The notes under the pieces are model-generated. The model had not been told where the DNA came from. It saw nothing but the letters and a program-made list of their open reading frames with translations, and searched no databases. From Penicillus capitatus (lineage: Eukaryota; Plantae; Chlorophyta): a stretch of 64,000 nt of DNA. Every line of letters starts with the position of its first letter. Positions within the stretch are counted from its first letter, which is position 1. The stretch spans positions 806,001-870,000 of the forward strand of contig OZ287700.1 of the NCBI GenBank assembly GCA_965649825.1. Direction: 5' to 3'. Shown here piece after piece: positions 12,301-25,665 of this stretch. The translations under genes and the position numbers were made by a program.

Positions 12301-12850
12301 GCCGTTCTTCTTCGACAGAGATCTCGTCGGTCTTGTCTCACTCCTGGAGTGGAAATTGCTATCACTGTCATGTACTGTGCTTCGGATTCTCTTTGATGTC
12401 GGATATCGATCAATGATTTCTTTTCTGGTAATCACCTCTCCGGAATGCATAAGCGTGATCCAATCCCCTCTTATACCTGATTCCAAATGTGAGCTGTTGA
12501 TGATCATAAAAGGGCGTTACTGCACCTTACCGCTGTGCATAACGGCCGCCAAGCTGATTCTCACCACACTCATGTGTTGCTGCAATTTCTCCTTCGTATC
12601 CAGCATGTCTTGTAAATAGAATCTTGTCTGTGTTGTCTTACTCTAGGAAAGCTGAACCAATGATGTATCCACCACCTTGCAGAGAGGGAAACTGATCGGC
12701 TTCTGCTCCAGAAACCGATTCGGCATGTCATTCACTGTGTCACACGACAGAACACTGTTCTCTCCCCCAGCCACTCTTGTAGAAACAGACAGATCCACAT
12801 CACTCGTCCCAGATCTTCCCAGAGAAGGGAGTCTTCCTCACGCTTTGCAT
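9350..12850 (-). pseudogene. Decayed non-LTR retrotransposon (LINE) ORF2, APE + RT, with a duplicated APE segment
   Basis: Minus-strand remnants IIDLTG, GREKIPWIESF, TTDDATLI (YADD-like) and GLHRLNS; many stops and frameshifts; 11280-11760 resembles 12200-12700. Confidence 0.7.
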
Positions 12851-13250
12851 GTCAAATAAGCCAGTCCAGCTCAAGACCACCACATTGCAGAGTTCCAGAC
12901 ATCACAAGATCCTCTACGCCAGAAGCTATTCATCGCATCATCCACCTTCTCGCAGACGTATCACCACCTCATCTTCTGCTCCAGAAAGAACTCGGTCCAT
13001 CACATGGTCCACCACAGCAGAGTTCCGGACATCTCAAGATCCACTACCAACGCAACCAGTCCATCACATGGTCCACCACAGCAAAGACAGACATCATCAC
13101 ATCACCACCAGGAACTGAAAAACTCGAAGTCCACTGCTCCAGAACGAGCCCACCGCACTATCCAAATCGCCAGAATCGGTTCCCTTGACAATCCGCCGCC
13201 ACAGAAAACAGAAATGACCACTAGAATGAACATCGCCACCACAATAAAGG
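12850..13250. repeat. Degenerate CA-rich minisatellite at the LINE 5' end
   Basis: Recurrent AGAGTTCC(G/A)GACAT and CCATCACATGGTCCACCACAGCA units. Confidence 0.55.
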
Positions 13251-13874
13251 CATGTGCCACCACCACATGAACCTCCACAGCTCAGAAGCACACCAGACCG
13301 CAATTAGTACTAATATGTACAAAGATCAATGTCGATCACCCAGCTAGAAGTGTCGCCAACACAAAACAGCAGCCATGTAAAAACTGAAAACAGAACAGAA
13401 CATGAATATCTATCTTGATCCGGTCCCTCAAGTGATCCAGATCCGATCGAAACGTGCACACGAAAGGAATAGGCGCTGCAGTCCCGTGCACGATGTTGAA
13501 AGAATACCGAGGGACGCTCCAATAGTGACAAAAAAACAGAAAACAGCAGAAAGCAGAACCCTAACTCCACAGTAAAAGAAAGAAAACTTTTTTTTTTCTT
13601 TTCGATTTTTCAGCCCCTCTCCCCAGAAAGAAAACAGCTTTTGAGAAGCCAATCAGATGAGGCTTCTTGTCCTAATCTCTGATAAAAACCTACACAGAAA
13701 GCAACGATAGAAAAGAGAAGAAAAAGAAGAACTAACTTACGCATTCGCCGGATAAGAAAAAAAGACGCTCCGGAATGGCAGATGTACTAACCTGCACACA
13801 CTCCCCCGAAAGAAAGTAAGGACGCGGAGGTATGCCCAGTCGACCCACGGAAAATACGAACGGGCGAGGGGGGA

Positions 13875-14911
13875 TTACAGGGGGCACCTCAACGAAAAGA
13901 GTGAGGTGCGCTGAGGGATAGGAGGAGGACAGGCGGGCAGAGAAAACTTCAGAGGTCGGGGAGGAATGAGGGGAGGAGGTGTCGCAGGGATACAAAACAC
14001 CTGCGGACGAGAAGGAAACAGATGATAAGGCAGGCTGGTATGCGGGGAAGGAGAGAGTGTGGGTTCGGGGGGTGGAGCGGCCGTCCATTCCATTGTTGGC
14101 GCAGAGCATGGTGGCTGCTGCGACGGCGGCGGTCCGGATGTCTGCGGCGGCGGCTGCGACGACGGTGGCGCAGATGTCTGTGGCTGTGGCGGCGGAGGTC
14201 CGGATGTCTGTGGCTGCGACGACGGTGGCGCAGATGACGATGGAGGACTGGCCTGCAAGACGAAACGGTCAGAAGAGTAGAGTCGTGTGTAGATAGGTGC
14301 AGCTTACCTCCGGGACGCCGTTGCCAGGTGACTGGCATGAAGCAAGGCGCCGTTGTCTTTCCTCGGCGGAAATTCGACGCGGGCGCCTGCTCATTGTCGT
14401 ATCCTGTCCGGTCTGGCCAAGAGGTGGGCCAAACCGGACAGAGGGCTCGTCCCTTGGCGTCATCTGCGCCGTCGATTGGGCCTTCAGAACCCAAAATAAC
14501 GCCTGCCTCTCGGCAGGCGGCAGCTCCTTGAACCCTCTAGGAGGGTTCTGCCCCATCACCTCCCGCAGGGTGATCTCAGAAAACCTGCAGAACACACAAA
14601 TACTCAGCATCTGCCGTGCTCGGCAACGTGTCTGTAGGCTGCGATGGGCAAAGAACAGAAAACGCGCGAAGAACCTAAAAACTGCCGCATGCCGAGCGAC
14701 CGGATGACCACAAGCTCTTCTTCTGCATCCGGCGTTCGCACATGGTAAGCGACGCGTACAGAAGGCGGTAGAGCAGGGAAGAGTCGACGCACAACTCAGT
14801 GGCCGTAACGCATGGCGGCGCAGGCATCGAAAGACGGAGAATTACTTACTCTTTGCCTGGGAAGGTGTACTTCGGGTCGTTCGCACAGGGTGTGGCCGTC
14901 TCGCAGTCCAT
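13875..14911 (-). CDS. Gene C, copy 1 (most diverged): orphan Pro/Ser/Gln-rich protein
   Basis: Exon 14911-14850 (MDCETATPCANDPKYTFPGK), phase-2 intron, exon from 14584 (..GFKELPPAERQAL..RFGPPLGQTG..LASCQ..), GT-AG intron, then a PPPQTS-repeat exon; 3' end uncertain. Confidence 0.6.
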
Positions 14912-15299
14912 CGTGGAAGAAAGCGCGCGCCTGAAACCGATAAAAGTTCCGCGGCAATCAGGGGAACCTCCTTTTGCCGCCTCGGTTGCGGATCAACGGT
15001 CGGAAGACGCGGAGGTTGGAATTCTCTGGCGTCGGGGATGGATGTTGTCCGCCGACTCGCCGCAGATGTCGTTCGCTGGAGAGTCTGGGCACGGATTCCT
15101 CTCAGACGGCGCCGTTTTCGGTCGATCTGGGCGCGCACAGAAGCCTTGCAGGTCCCGTCTGCCGCCGGACTGCAGACGTCCTCGTCTAGGTCGACCACTG
15201 GGCGTAGCCGGCGAGGCATGCGCGGCCCCTCGGAGAAAGACAGAGCAGCGGGGTCAGCAGTGTTCTCTCGTCTGCATGGATTGCGAAGAGCGTCGGGCA

Positions 15300-18200
15300 T
15301 GGAGAGTTGCCTGTCGAGCTGCGCACAGGCAGCTCTGCCATTGTGGACGTTGGCAGGTTCAGTTCTTTTGCCGAGAGCGGTCCCCTGGCGTGTGAGCAGT
15401 GAGAGAACCCGGAAAATCGCTGTCCTTTGAGTGATATTCTGAAAGATCCGAGCGGTCTGTGTCTTCGCAGGAAAGCAAAGCTGTCTGCGTGTGGTATGGA
15501 GCAGTTGTTTTCCTAGTGCTTTGCTCCGAAACAGTGTAGGCGGGGCACATGGTAGCGGACGAGTGACACGTGCACGAGAGTGTTCGACAGTACACTTACC
15601 TACTCAAGCTTCCGGAGGTGGAGCTCCGGAGTGGTGGCTGGCGCTGCACGGCCGACGACAAGTCAACATCGTTCCCGCAGCCGAGACAGCTAGATTTGCT
15701 GACATGGAGTGTCCTCTATGGCCAGGATCCGACGTCCTGAACAAGTTTTGCTATGCAGAGGAGCTCTATGGTGGGAATGATAGCTGAGTCGGTGTGCACA
15801 CGTCGGGTAGTTGCAGTTGGCACTTGTCTGTCCGAAGGAACCAGGGTGACATCGCAGCCACTCCGTTTGGGTCCGTGGAGAAATGGAGAGATGACAGACA
15901 GGAGGAGAGTGGAGAGAGATTATTGGTGGGTAGCATGATCATTTGTGTTACACACGTGGTTGTTTGAAGTACATGCGTATGTACAGAACGCCATTTAATA
16001 TCGCTGATACTCTTGCAGTTGGACAGAGGGTAGACAGCTCCTCGCAACACGATCTTCGATACTCACGATCTCCGTACACAGAGACTAAGAAACGGGATGA
16101 CGGAGTGACTTGCTCTGATCCTGATGCAGTGAAGGCATTTTGCTGAAGTGAGCTGGAACAAGCCAGTGGTGGTTCTCTGCGCAGGTCGTTGAAGCGAAGA
16201 GTCTGGGGGATTCAGTACGCGCAACCGTGGATTCCATGGACCGTTGACGAATTATCGCTCGCTTCTGTACGGCAAGGGCCAAGATGAACACAGGTTACAC
16301 TGGAAGGTGCGCGACGCGAGCTGTGGACTTGACGCTAAAAGGCAGCGTTTGCAGTCTCGGCGGACTGGAGATCGCTTTCGCAGCCACGGAGGCAACATCT
16401 TTGACACGGGAGTCGAGCCAAGAGCACACGGACTGCCTCCTCGCAGCGCAGACAGAAGACAGGTCTGCACAGTTCTAAAGGTTGGCTATGTCCATTACAC
16501 TGTCCGTTCTTGAAGCTCAAACCAGATTCGGCGACCAGACTTGTCGGCTCTGAGCATCCAACCAGTTCTATGAGGAGAGTGTGATCTCGGCATTGTCGAA
16601 GATCGGCATCCTTGTTCTGCGAGATCTCGTGCCTTCTTCATGGCCACCGAGGTAACTGGAAATGCGAATGCCAGATGCCGTGAATCGTCGAATACCTGAA
16701 CGGCCAACAGGTTTCGAAGCAGGCCTTACCTGGACATTGACCGAGAAAGGGCGGATGGATGGCAGTGGCAAGAAAGAGGGTGAGTGACAGTTTGCATGCC
16801 AGAACCGCCTGTGCTTAACGCTTGTGTGGCAATTGGCGTGTTAATTGATGAGTTCTCGTGGACGACCCTGTCAGACGCGTTCGTGACAAGCATTGGCCAC
16901 CACAGCTTTAATTGGATTCGAATACAAAGAATCGATCGAAGACGATTTCCTCAGATGTCGGGGTGCAGACCATCTGTAAAGATCTATCCTTGCCGACAGA
17001 CCTCTGTAGGCTAGATTCCGATAGACTCTTTTATACGTCACGCGATAATCCCGACCACTGAAGCCGCTCGAGAATCGGTTGGTGGAGAAGTCTCTCGATG
17101 ATTATCGCAGTCCATGCTCATTGTCCATCCTTTGGTTGTTCAGCAAATATCTCTGTAGATTTTGACGGTTTTAACGTTCCTGCTGAGTCTCCGTTCCGGA
17201 GTTGCATGAGATTCGGGACTGGCTATTAGAACACGATCAGAGTCTGATGGACAAACCACGACCAAAGAAGTCCGGACAGAAAACGGCTAACAAGGCATGC
17301 ATGGATCTGCAGATGTCCAAGCAGCACAGGTATAACCACTGACGAACAGAGAGGCAAAGGGCCATCAGTCAGTGTCCGTTCCGTGGCTGAAAGTCGTCTC
17401 TAAAAATGCAATGGTGTTGCCACCCAGAGGTTGCACATCACACACGGTATTCCGGTCATTGTCTGATGGGCTTTCGCGTTCTGGCCCACACACCTCCTCA
17501 GGGGAACGCACGTTAAGCACGTTACATGGATAAGAGTTTGAAGGAACTTAGAGGACTAGACTGGAGTCCAATAGTAACAGATGCTCTGCTGCAAGATGAG
17601 ATCCATCTCCGAACAGTGTGTGGATTTGACAGCTTTCGCTGAACGAAAATGATCGTTCTCAGCCTGTTTGATGCCATATCGCCGAAGACTGACGAAGACG
17701 ATTGGCATCTACTATTTCCTTTCGGCTGACGGGTTGCCAAATGACACAGCGCAGGAATGCCCAAGACTAATTCTTCGCTTTCTTCATTCGCTCTTCTCTT
17801 CGCTGAACCATTTACAGACTCCAATAGCTCTCTGACTAACTAGAAGGTCTTTGGTCAAGAACTGGTGTGTGTCGACGATTAACTCGGCAGCCAGGACATC
17901 TGTAATCTATCTGTTTGAGGCGTCTGGATCTCGTTAGGTCATATTGTGGCACACGTCGGCTGACCAGAGAAAACACCAAGCTTACTCGATCACATGACAA
18001 AAGAAGCTACTTTTTTTACAGAAGGGAATAGATGGTTACTAATGAACCGCATGTGTTGTGGCAGCTCCTGCACAACCATGATTGGCACCAAGCACACTCG
18101 TGAAGTGAGAGCATCGAGATCTATCCGCAGCTCATTCGCTCTTTCGACGCTAAACGAAGCCGATTACAAAGTCTAGACGAAATGAGAGTCGTTTTGGTGT

Positions 18201-20200
18201 CCACTGTTCTGCGACTGAGTGCAGGTCTTGCTGCCACCATTCTCAATTCCGTCGACCACGAACAGAGCACTTCAAGAGTGCAGCCCAACGATACCATAAT
18301 GCGGGAACACTGTGGGCAGCGTAGTCCAATCACCGTCAATTGCCGCTCCGGTGACGACTTTCTCAGTTTTCACGGATGTCCTCGCCAATCGAGAAAAAAG
18401 CGCCGTTACCTCGCGCCATAGCTCGCATTGGTATAGCGCTCTCCGGTTTCGCCTGCGAAGGGGAAAGAAGCGTCAACCAACGAGTCGTCACCAAACGACT
18501 GCCATCTGTCTTTTCGCAACTCACGGAAATGGATGCGTTTTACAGAACGCTTCCGTCTTGACTCAGAGGTGTGGTCACTTTACACTCCTTCTTTGAGAAT
18601 CGGGAATCGAGTATTGAGGCCGAAGCGACACCGTGCGTTTCCTGAACAATGCCGCAAATTTGGGCTTTTCAGGAGTAGAGAGATCAGCTAAACAGACCAG
18701 ACGTTCAAAGGGCACCCTTCTCATTCGACGGCACGAAAACGTCCGACGGGGTGGCGGATAGCGTAAATCCGGAAAGAAACACCGGCTTCTCCTCCCTGTC
18801 AGTGTACAGACATACTCGATACCCTCTTCGGAAGGAGGAGTTCGATGATTTTGCATCCATTACTGTATCCGAGGTCGTTTCCAGCCCGAGGACATGTATA
18901 CAGAGGCCTGCTGCAGGATTCCGGTTTGGCCCTGATCCGTCGCATCCCGTCTGACGCGCCGCCTCTTTCTGTTTTGTGGAAGGTTACAGCTCGGATCGTT
19001 GGTGTTTTCGTTACGTCGTTTTCTGATTCTTGTCTCACCAACCTCCATCTAACTCTTGATGCTAAACAGCGTCGGCAACTCCAGTGGAAGGATAGCTTAG
19101 ACTGGCAGGTCTCGACTTTCTTCGCCCGTCACTATCGACCTCTCTTGGGCCATGATGGCCACAGTCCGCGCAGACCGTGTGGATGGACGATTGTAAACAT
19201 CTGCTATGATGAACGACTCGTTGAGGGCAGTGCTTCTGGTAATCAAGAGTCAAGTCCAATATGCTGCTGCCCAATACCAACCATCTTTCCTGTACAGATT
19301 CCCAGATCTCAATGCCTAAGAGAACAGCAGGACGGATGACCGTATAATTTGTCTCAGCGGATGATGACCAATTCCGTCTTCGAAGTTCTCGAACCACGGT
19401 TTCGAGGCCACAGTTGTCTTAGTCTACTATCTTGTACAGCGTGTGCTGTTCTATTGAGATGTTCCGAGAACATTGCTTGGTCCTCGTCATCCAAAACGCA
19501 GTTTGGTGTGAGTCAGCCAGCTCGCTCGTAAAGCACTTGACGATCTATAAAGACTGAAGCTGAGGGCAGTGGATAGTATTGTCCTGCGTGTCACCCCGAG
19601 TCATCAACAGAAACCGCTTGTGTGGACTCGCCAGCAGATGGAGGAGATCTGGGTCTGTGCTTCGAGGTCGTCCGTTCTCTGCCAATGACCATTTGACTTG
19701 GCTTTATCTGTGCCGAAAATACCATCACTCCATCTAGTTGCCTCCTCTCTGTAGGATCCGTTATTCGACGGCAATGACACAACGGCCAAATTCGCGCCGA
19801 CAACCGAAGACAACTCTGGAGACTTCCGAACAGGTCCTGTAAGGCAAGAGATTCTCGCTGTTGTGTTGTCGCAAATCTCGCGCCCGGTGTATCTGAGTTC
19901 TTACCGCTTTTAGTGTCAAGCACACCATGTCCTTTTTTCCTGTAAACCACCATGCGGGAGAATGATCGTAAATCTCGAAGGTAAAAAGCACGTCCGTTCT
20001 CAGTGGAATCATGCCGAATGTGAATGGTCGTTATGAACGCAGCTGTATCCAACGTTTGATGATCTGTCGGACTCTACCAGAGCGGTCATTTCCCCAGGTG
20101 CCGAAGAAATAGCATTGCACATACGACGATGACGAGAGTAAGAGGAATTGTTAGAATGCGAACAACTCCTTCTCGAGTCCTTCACAGAATCCTTGACGTC
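15300..20200 (-). pseudogene. Decayed Ty3/gypsy pol (RT thumb, RNase H, integrase) plus post-integrase region
   Basis: SSAETNYTV..VADAV (RNase H, 19062-19397); degenerate integrase Zn and core remnants at 18100-18860; 16200-16320 matches 29160-29260 and 62480-62580; 19950-20030 matches 30620-30700. Confidence 0.7.
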
Positions 20201-21305
20201 GACTCTACGAGCCCTTCGTTCGTGACACCATGGGACAGCAGCAACGCCCCGAGAACTCGTCTAACATAGAACCGTATGAAACGCAGAAGTCTGAGACAGA
20301 TAGCTGCCGGCAGAGGGCGAAACTAAGAAATGCTACCATGACGTGAATGATTACGATGGAATGTCCACTGGACACTGCGGATTGAGAGCAGGCATAAAGA
20401 ACATGTTTCAGAATTCTGTCCACTGACATGCTAGCTTAAATACGCCAGTCGTAAGGGAGGGTGGGTGGTGGACGAGAGGATCGTAAGCTGTCGCTGCTGG
20501 CAAGAATGGAATGAGGCATCAGTAAGCATTCGACCGGCGAGAGTGTTGGCATCGTCACGCCTGGCTACGACTGAAAACCATTTCAGTGTCCATCTCTTTA
20601 TTCGCACCTTCTCACAAAGACAGACTCTATATTGCCATCCGCGTTTGATATGTTTCAGCTGTGGCCGTTTTGACATCTCTATAGCCCCTGCGGTCCGCTG
20701 AGCGTTATAGGCTGCTTCAATTATCGCGCCTGCGGCAAGGAACAAGTAGTTCAACACGCGGATCTCCTAACACGCATGCACAGATAGCCGTTTGTTTTCG
20801 TTTGGGGTTTGACAGAACACCGTCATCTGTGAGAGAGCAGCCTGTCTACAGGATAGAGAGATCTTTGCAAGTGCAATGAACACAGGAGACAGGAGTTCGC
20901 AGTTTCTCCAAGTGATCTCTACAGATTGCCAAAGTCATAATTCCACAGGATTAGATAATCCACTTCGACTGCCCTGTAAGCAGGGTAAGACAGAGGAAGG
21001 AGATTATACTATGTAAAACTCAATGTAAAACGCGCCAAGTTCATAATCATCGCAACAAAATGAAAACAATACTGACACGACCAAAGTGTTGTGCGACTCA
21101 AACGTTAAAAGTATCCCCTATAACGGTAAAGCTTTGTTAGAGGAGCGTTTTAGACGAAACTCCTTGCATGTCTCTTCCCAAGGTGCACAGAAATTAAACG
21201 ACATGAGCACATTATTCACGAAGTCTTGAAGAAACTCAAAAAAGCAAAAAACGTCACGGAATCTCTCATGTACTAAACTCCAAATGGCTGTCCTCTGAGC
21301 ATCAT

Positions 21306-23060
21306 CACTGGTGCCGTGAGTAGTCTCTCCTATGACACGAGATCAGCATTTACCATTTGGAGGAAAGTGAGCTTACTGATGGAAACGGATTAGATCACTG
21401 CAACCAAGGCCTGTGCTAGTCGCACGCTGATCTGGCATCCGCATAGGGAGTGTGGGAGAGTTTTGTGGGTGAGTGGGCCAGATCGTCTCCAGTGTGGCTT
21501 TCGGACCCGACGCGCTACGCGGACATGCAGTTAGATGGTCCAAAAAGGGACCGATGATGATGAAGAACAAGACAAGAAGGTCGACAAATGCAAATGCAAA
21601 GAAAGAGGAGGAAGGCAGAACACACAGGAAATCTTCTGAGACAGTGATGATAAGGCCATTCACTCGAAAAAACAAAAAGAAAGCACAGTGAGAACACAGA
21701 CTACTTAGGGGCAACGGAGCAAGCGAGAAGTAAAGGTAAGCAAAAGGCAAGAAAAGACACGGCATGAAAAGGTATGGAACAACTAGTCGAGCGATTGCAA
21801 AATAAAAGACATCAACGAAACTTAAGAAAGTCACAGAACAGAATATTCATAGCTCAAGGACAGGGAAACAGCGAATAAAGAAAAGGCTCCGTTGCCGGGG
21901 ACGATGAAAACGGGCATCCAGGGATAAGAGAGAGAAAAGGGACAGAAGAGACGGCCTGGATGCCGATCCGAAAGCCATCACCGAAGATCTTATCCAGCCA
22001 CACTCTGGGTCTTTGCCACTCCCTTGCGGATGTCCAGCCGATCTTCTTCTATCCAGTTCTTGCGTGCCCGACCACCCCCCTGATCACATCGATGAGCCAA
22101 ATGCAAACACAAATCTCTAGATCGGATTACCTCTCTGGCAAATGTTATAAGAGATCGTTGTCTGTAGACATCTCTTCTGGACATGTCATCATTAACCCCA
22201 TCTAGAATAGAAAAGTGAGGTGTGACATTTGAGTGGCATAAGGACATACTTGTGGCGAGCGGCGCCGCGCGATGCAACCTGGCAGAGTACCAGTGACCTC
22301 TCCCAAAAAGCACCCCTGGGAAGAGTGAGAACTCCCAGTGTGATCGGTGAATCATCCGTCTCAGAAATCGTCCAATGGATTCGCCGCGCTGCGCGGACAT
22401 GCAAATAAGAGGTCCAAAAAGGGACCAGGTACACACAGTAAATGAAAAAGTTAGGAAAAGCAGAGAAACAGAAAGACAGCAAGAGAAACAGTGTAGAAGA
22501 AACATTACAGCAACACTTGCAAGACACAGTTGAAAACATAACAAGGAAAGGAAAAGCCAAAAACATGCAATGAGGGACAACGGAATCGTCGACAGGTACA
22601 AAAAAGTGAACACAATCATTGAGTAGAAGAGGCAGATGGAGGAAGAGGCAATGATGACATGCCAGGCATACAGGAAAATACCACAAAACACAGAAGGAGG
22701 TCTAGCAAGGTGGAAAATCTCGAGACAGAAAACAATGGAAAAGGAGCTTATCATCAAGTGCGAGCTCAGAAATGAACATCATTCAAATGCAGGAAAATCA
22801 GAAAAAAACACAAAGAGAAAGCACAAATGCCGATTCCGTTGCCCAGATCGAAGAAGACGGGCATCCAGGGGAGAAGAGAGATAAAAAGGAACAGAAGAGA
22901 CGGCCCTGGATGCCATCCAAAGGACTTACCCGAGGTCATCAACCGGATCACGTGGCTGCCCAATGTCACGGTCTCTGCTCTCCCTGTCGCCCAGCCATCC
23001 TCCCAATGATAGCGGCAGCCGCTGCCGGGGTGTGGTAGAGTGGATCGTTTCTGCAGCTGC
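21306..23060 (-). repeat. Module A, copy 2
   Basis: High identity to 7750-9350 outside the purine-rich stretches; same hairpins and splice signals. Confidence 0.8.
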
Positions 23061-25470
23061 GATGCAGGACTGAATTGGTCTCATATCACGAGAAGGACGA
23101 GAAGTTCCGCCAGGACCGCCTGTTCCTCTGTGTCCCGCAGCTGATGGGTTCGTTCTCCACAATGTTCGATCACTGAAAAGTTATCGGTTTTTGAAGTGTC
23201 CCTTTCGATCCATCCGACTCCGGTGCTCAGAGAATTGAAGAAAAGAGCCTGTTCAGGCCAAAAACACCTAAAGAATGCTGTCCTTCTGGACCTGATGCTT
23301 TCCAGTTTCCTCATCTCTCCTGATTGCACTGCCTCAAGAGTGGCCTAGTAGGCAGAATTCTTGCCTGATGAAGGTGTTGATGTGGTAGACATGTTGCCAG
23401 TCCGTCTTTCTTTCCTTGCCGTGAGCGAGGAGGAAAGCATCTGACATTGCATTGCTCCGTGCAAGCGTGTCAATCGCTCTGCTCAATCTCTTGAACCCTG
23501 ATCCGTGTCTCGAAGGAACTTCTGGAATGTCCTCCGAGTCCTCGGAAGAACGAGTTGCTTCCGAGTTGCAGCTCGGGGATTTGTCCATTACATGTTCCCA
23601 GAGAACATGATTCGAACCGTTTCTTGCTGAGCTCCAAAAGATCTCGATGGAGCAAGTTCAGAAATGACAATCCGCGACTGAGCTGCTGCTACCACTTCAA
23701 ATGGGCCTGCAGCAGTAAAGCTTGAATCGGTGATTTGTATGTAGGAGTGTGCCTCACTGTAGCATCTGGAAATCGCCTTGCGTCTCCATCCAGCTGTCAT
23801 CCTTCTCTGTCAGACTGTATTCGTCATCTTCTCGCGTCGGTTGATTTATTTTGCAGTGATGGGAGACGATCCTTCTTCAGATGAAGCGTTTCATCCGAGA
23901 TGTTGGTCTGATGTCGAGGAGCGTCCATGCTATACTCGTCCTCTTCAGCGACGCGATGATCCTGTCAGGTGCGTCCTCACTCGTCAAAGAGGGACTGTGG
24001 ACACACCTGTGATGCGTGCATGCATTGTTGTCGAAGTCGATGAGGTCTTCGGATCCCGGCCAGAGGGTGGACGCTGTCAAATCGATCGCATACAAACGAC
24101 ATTTGATGTTTATTCCAGCATTGAGGCTTTCATGCTCCCTGTCGTCTTGGCACCAAGCTTGCCTGTCGTTTTACAGAATTCCAGTTGCCAAAGGCAGATT
24201 CTCCGATGTCTTTGAATCTGATCCAGGGTAATAACTGAGGCAGAAAGTGCACCCAGACCACTCTGTGCCGAATCCAAAGCTGTCGGCTGTCAGTGGATGC
24301 ACCCTCGTCATCTGATATGCGTCCACATACATGTCCAGGGAACTTGGATCAGATCTCTTTGTTCGGTGGAGAGAATGCTCCCCGATCCTGAGCTCTCTGA
24401 GTGCACCTCTCCTCTTCCTCCTTTCGATACACCAGGCCACTCGTGATGTCAAGATGCTGTCCGATTCTGAACTTCTGATCGTCATACATATTTTAGCTCT
24501 GTCATGCCATTCGATGTCTGCCACGACGCCATCTTTTCAAGAAGACAATGAGACAGAATTGTGATACTTGACAAGAGTTGGCGAGAGAGACATGCCGCAG
24601 TCCAAGGGGCTTTCTCTGACCAGAGGTTTCACTGTCGTGCAGGCAGACCACGGCTGCCTCTTCCTTTGAGCTGTTTTCTGTAAACTGCGTCACGTTAATC
24701 TGACAGGAGCACAAAGACAATGCAGTTTACCGAGCGAGTTCTGTCGATGGAGGCGTCGATGCTGCACATCGGGATCTCGTCATCGGAGATTCCTTTGATC
24801 AAGATACGAGCTCTGTACACTGAGAGAACTTCTGTAATCCAAGGCATAGATTTCGAAACGGATTCGTCTTCGTTAGTGGCATGTGGAAACTGTAATGCAC
24901 AAAGACGGACTCCTTCACTGATCCTGCTTGTCTTTACCGACGATCTTTTCGCAGCGCAGACCGAACATGCTCGGCATCATGTACCCAGCTGAATAGCACG
25001 CCCAGGCACTTCAAATCCTGCGATAGATGGAAACACTGGAACTGCTTGCACCGGAATGATGAGTCATCTCACTTGTGCAGTCGTACAGAATCCATGATCT
25101 TGTTCAGCAGTGTCTGTGCCAACTCCGTCTGCCAGTTGTCTTCTATCCGGTGAAAAAAGTGCTCAGTGTCACATGCATGCTGCCTGCAGCGATTTCCATG
25201 ACACATCAGATGGTAGTTTGAGATCATTCTCTCCAAGGAATCCCGTTTGACGGATCGACATGCTTTGTCTTGTTCACAGAATCTGTACTGAAATGCAGAT
25301 GTGGTACGAGCAAACGAGCATGCAGCTGTACCTTGTTGTTGATCACTGTTTGTGCTAAGCTTTCTTTCGTGTCATCGATGAGTACTGCAATACCGTTTCT
25401 GCTTCTTCGCGTGCTCTTTAAGCAAATCTGGCATGTTGCCCTCATGTTTCAGAGAGGCAGTCCATGAATC
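23060..25470 (-). pseudogene. Decayed LINE ORF2 (diverged subfamily)
   Basis: Short matches to copy 4 (CTGACAGAGAAGGA; CCTGGATCAGATTC) in the same order and position; no intact ORF. Confidence 0.5.
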
Positions 25471-25524
25471 AACTGCTCGCAGACTACTGTGCCATCTCCT
25501 CATCCTCTGATCCAAAAAAGATAA

Positions 25525-25665
25525 CTAATCCAACACTCCATCCACCTCACACCGATCCAGACACCTCGAGATCCTCTGCCAACGCACCCAGTCCAACACT
25601 CCATCCACCTCACACCGATTCAGACACCTCGAGATCCTCTGCCAACGCACCCAGTCAACACATGA
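25525..25665. repeat. 63-bp tandem duplication within the LINE 5' minisatellite
   Basis: CCAACACTCCATCCACCTCACACCGAT(C/T)CAGACACCTCGAGATCCTCTGCCAACGCACCCAGT occurs twice. Confidence 0.85.

Larger units (their letters stand above)
7750..20200 (-). mobile_element. Composite repeat unit, copy 1 (gypsy pol remnant, gene C, minisatellite, LINE remnant, module A)
   Basis: Block-wise homology, in the same order, to 21306-31050, 33400-39790 and 54200-64000. Confidence 0.8.

Noticed and set aside
15491-16146. LSEGTRVT as a Helitron/PIF1 helicase motif
   Set aside because: No Walker A or other helicase motifs; the region is homologous to the gypsy-downstream block
7760-23060. Module A as LTRs flanking the gypsy element
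   Set aside because: A is always continuous with the LINE 3' end, is missing upstream of copy 2's gypsy part, and no PBS, PPT or clear TG..CA boundary was found
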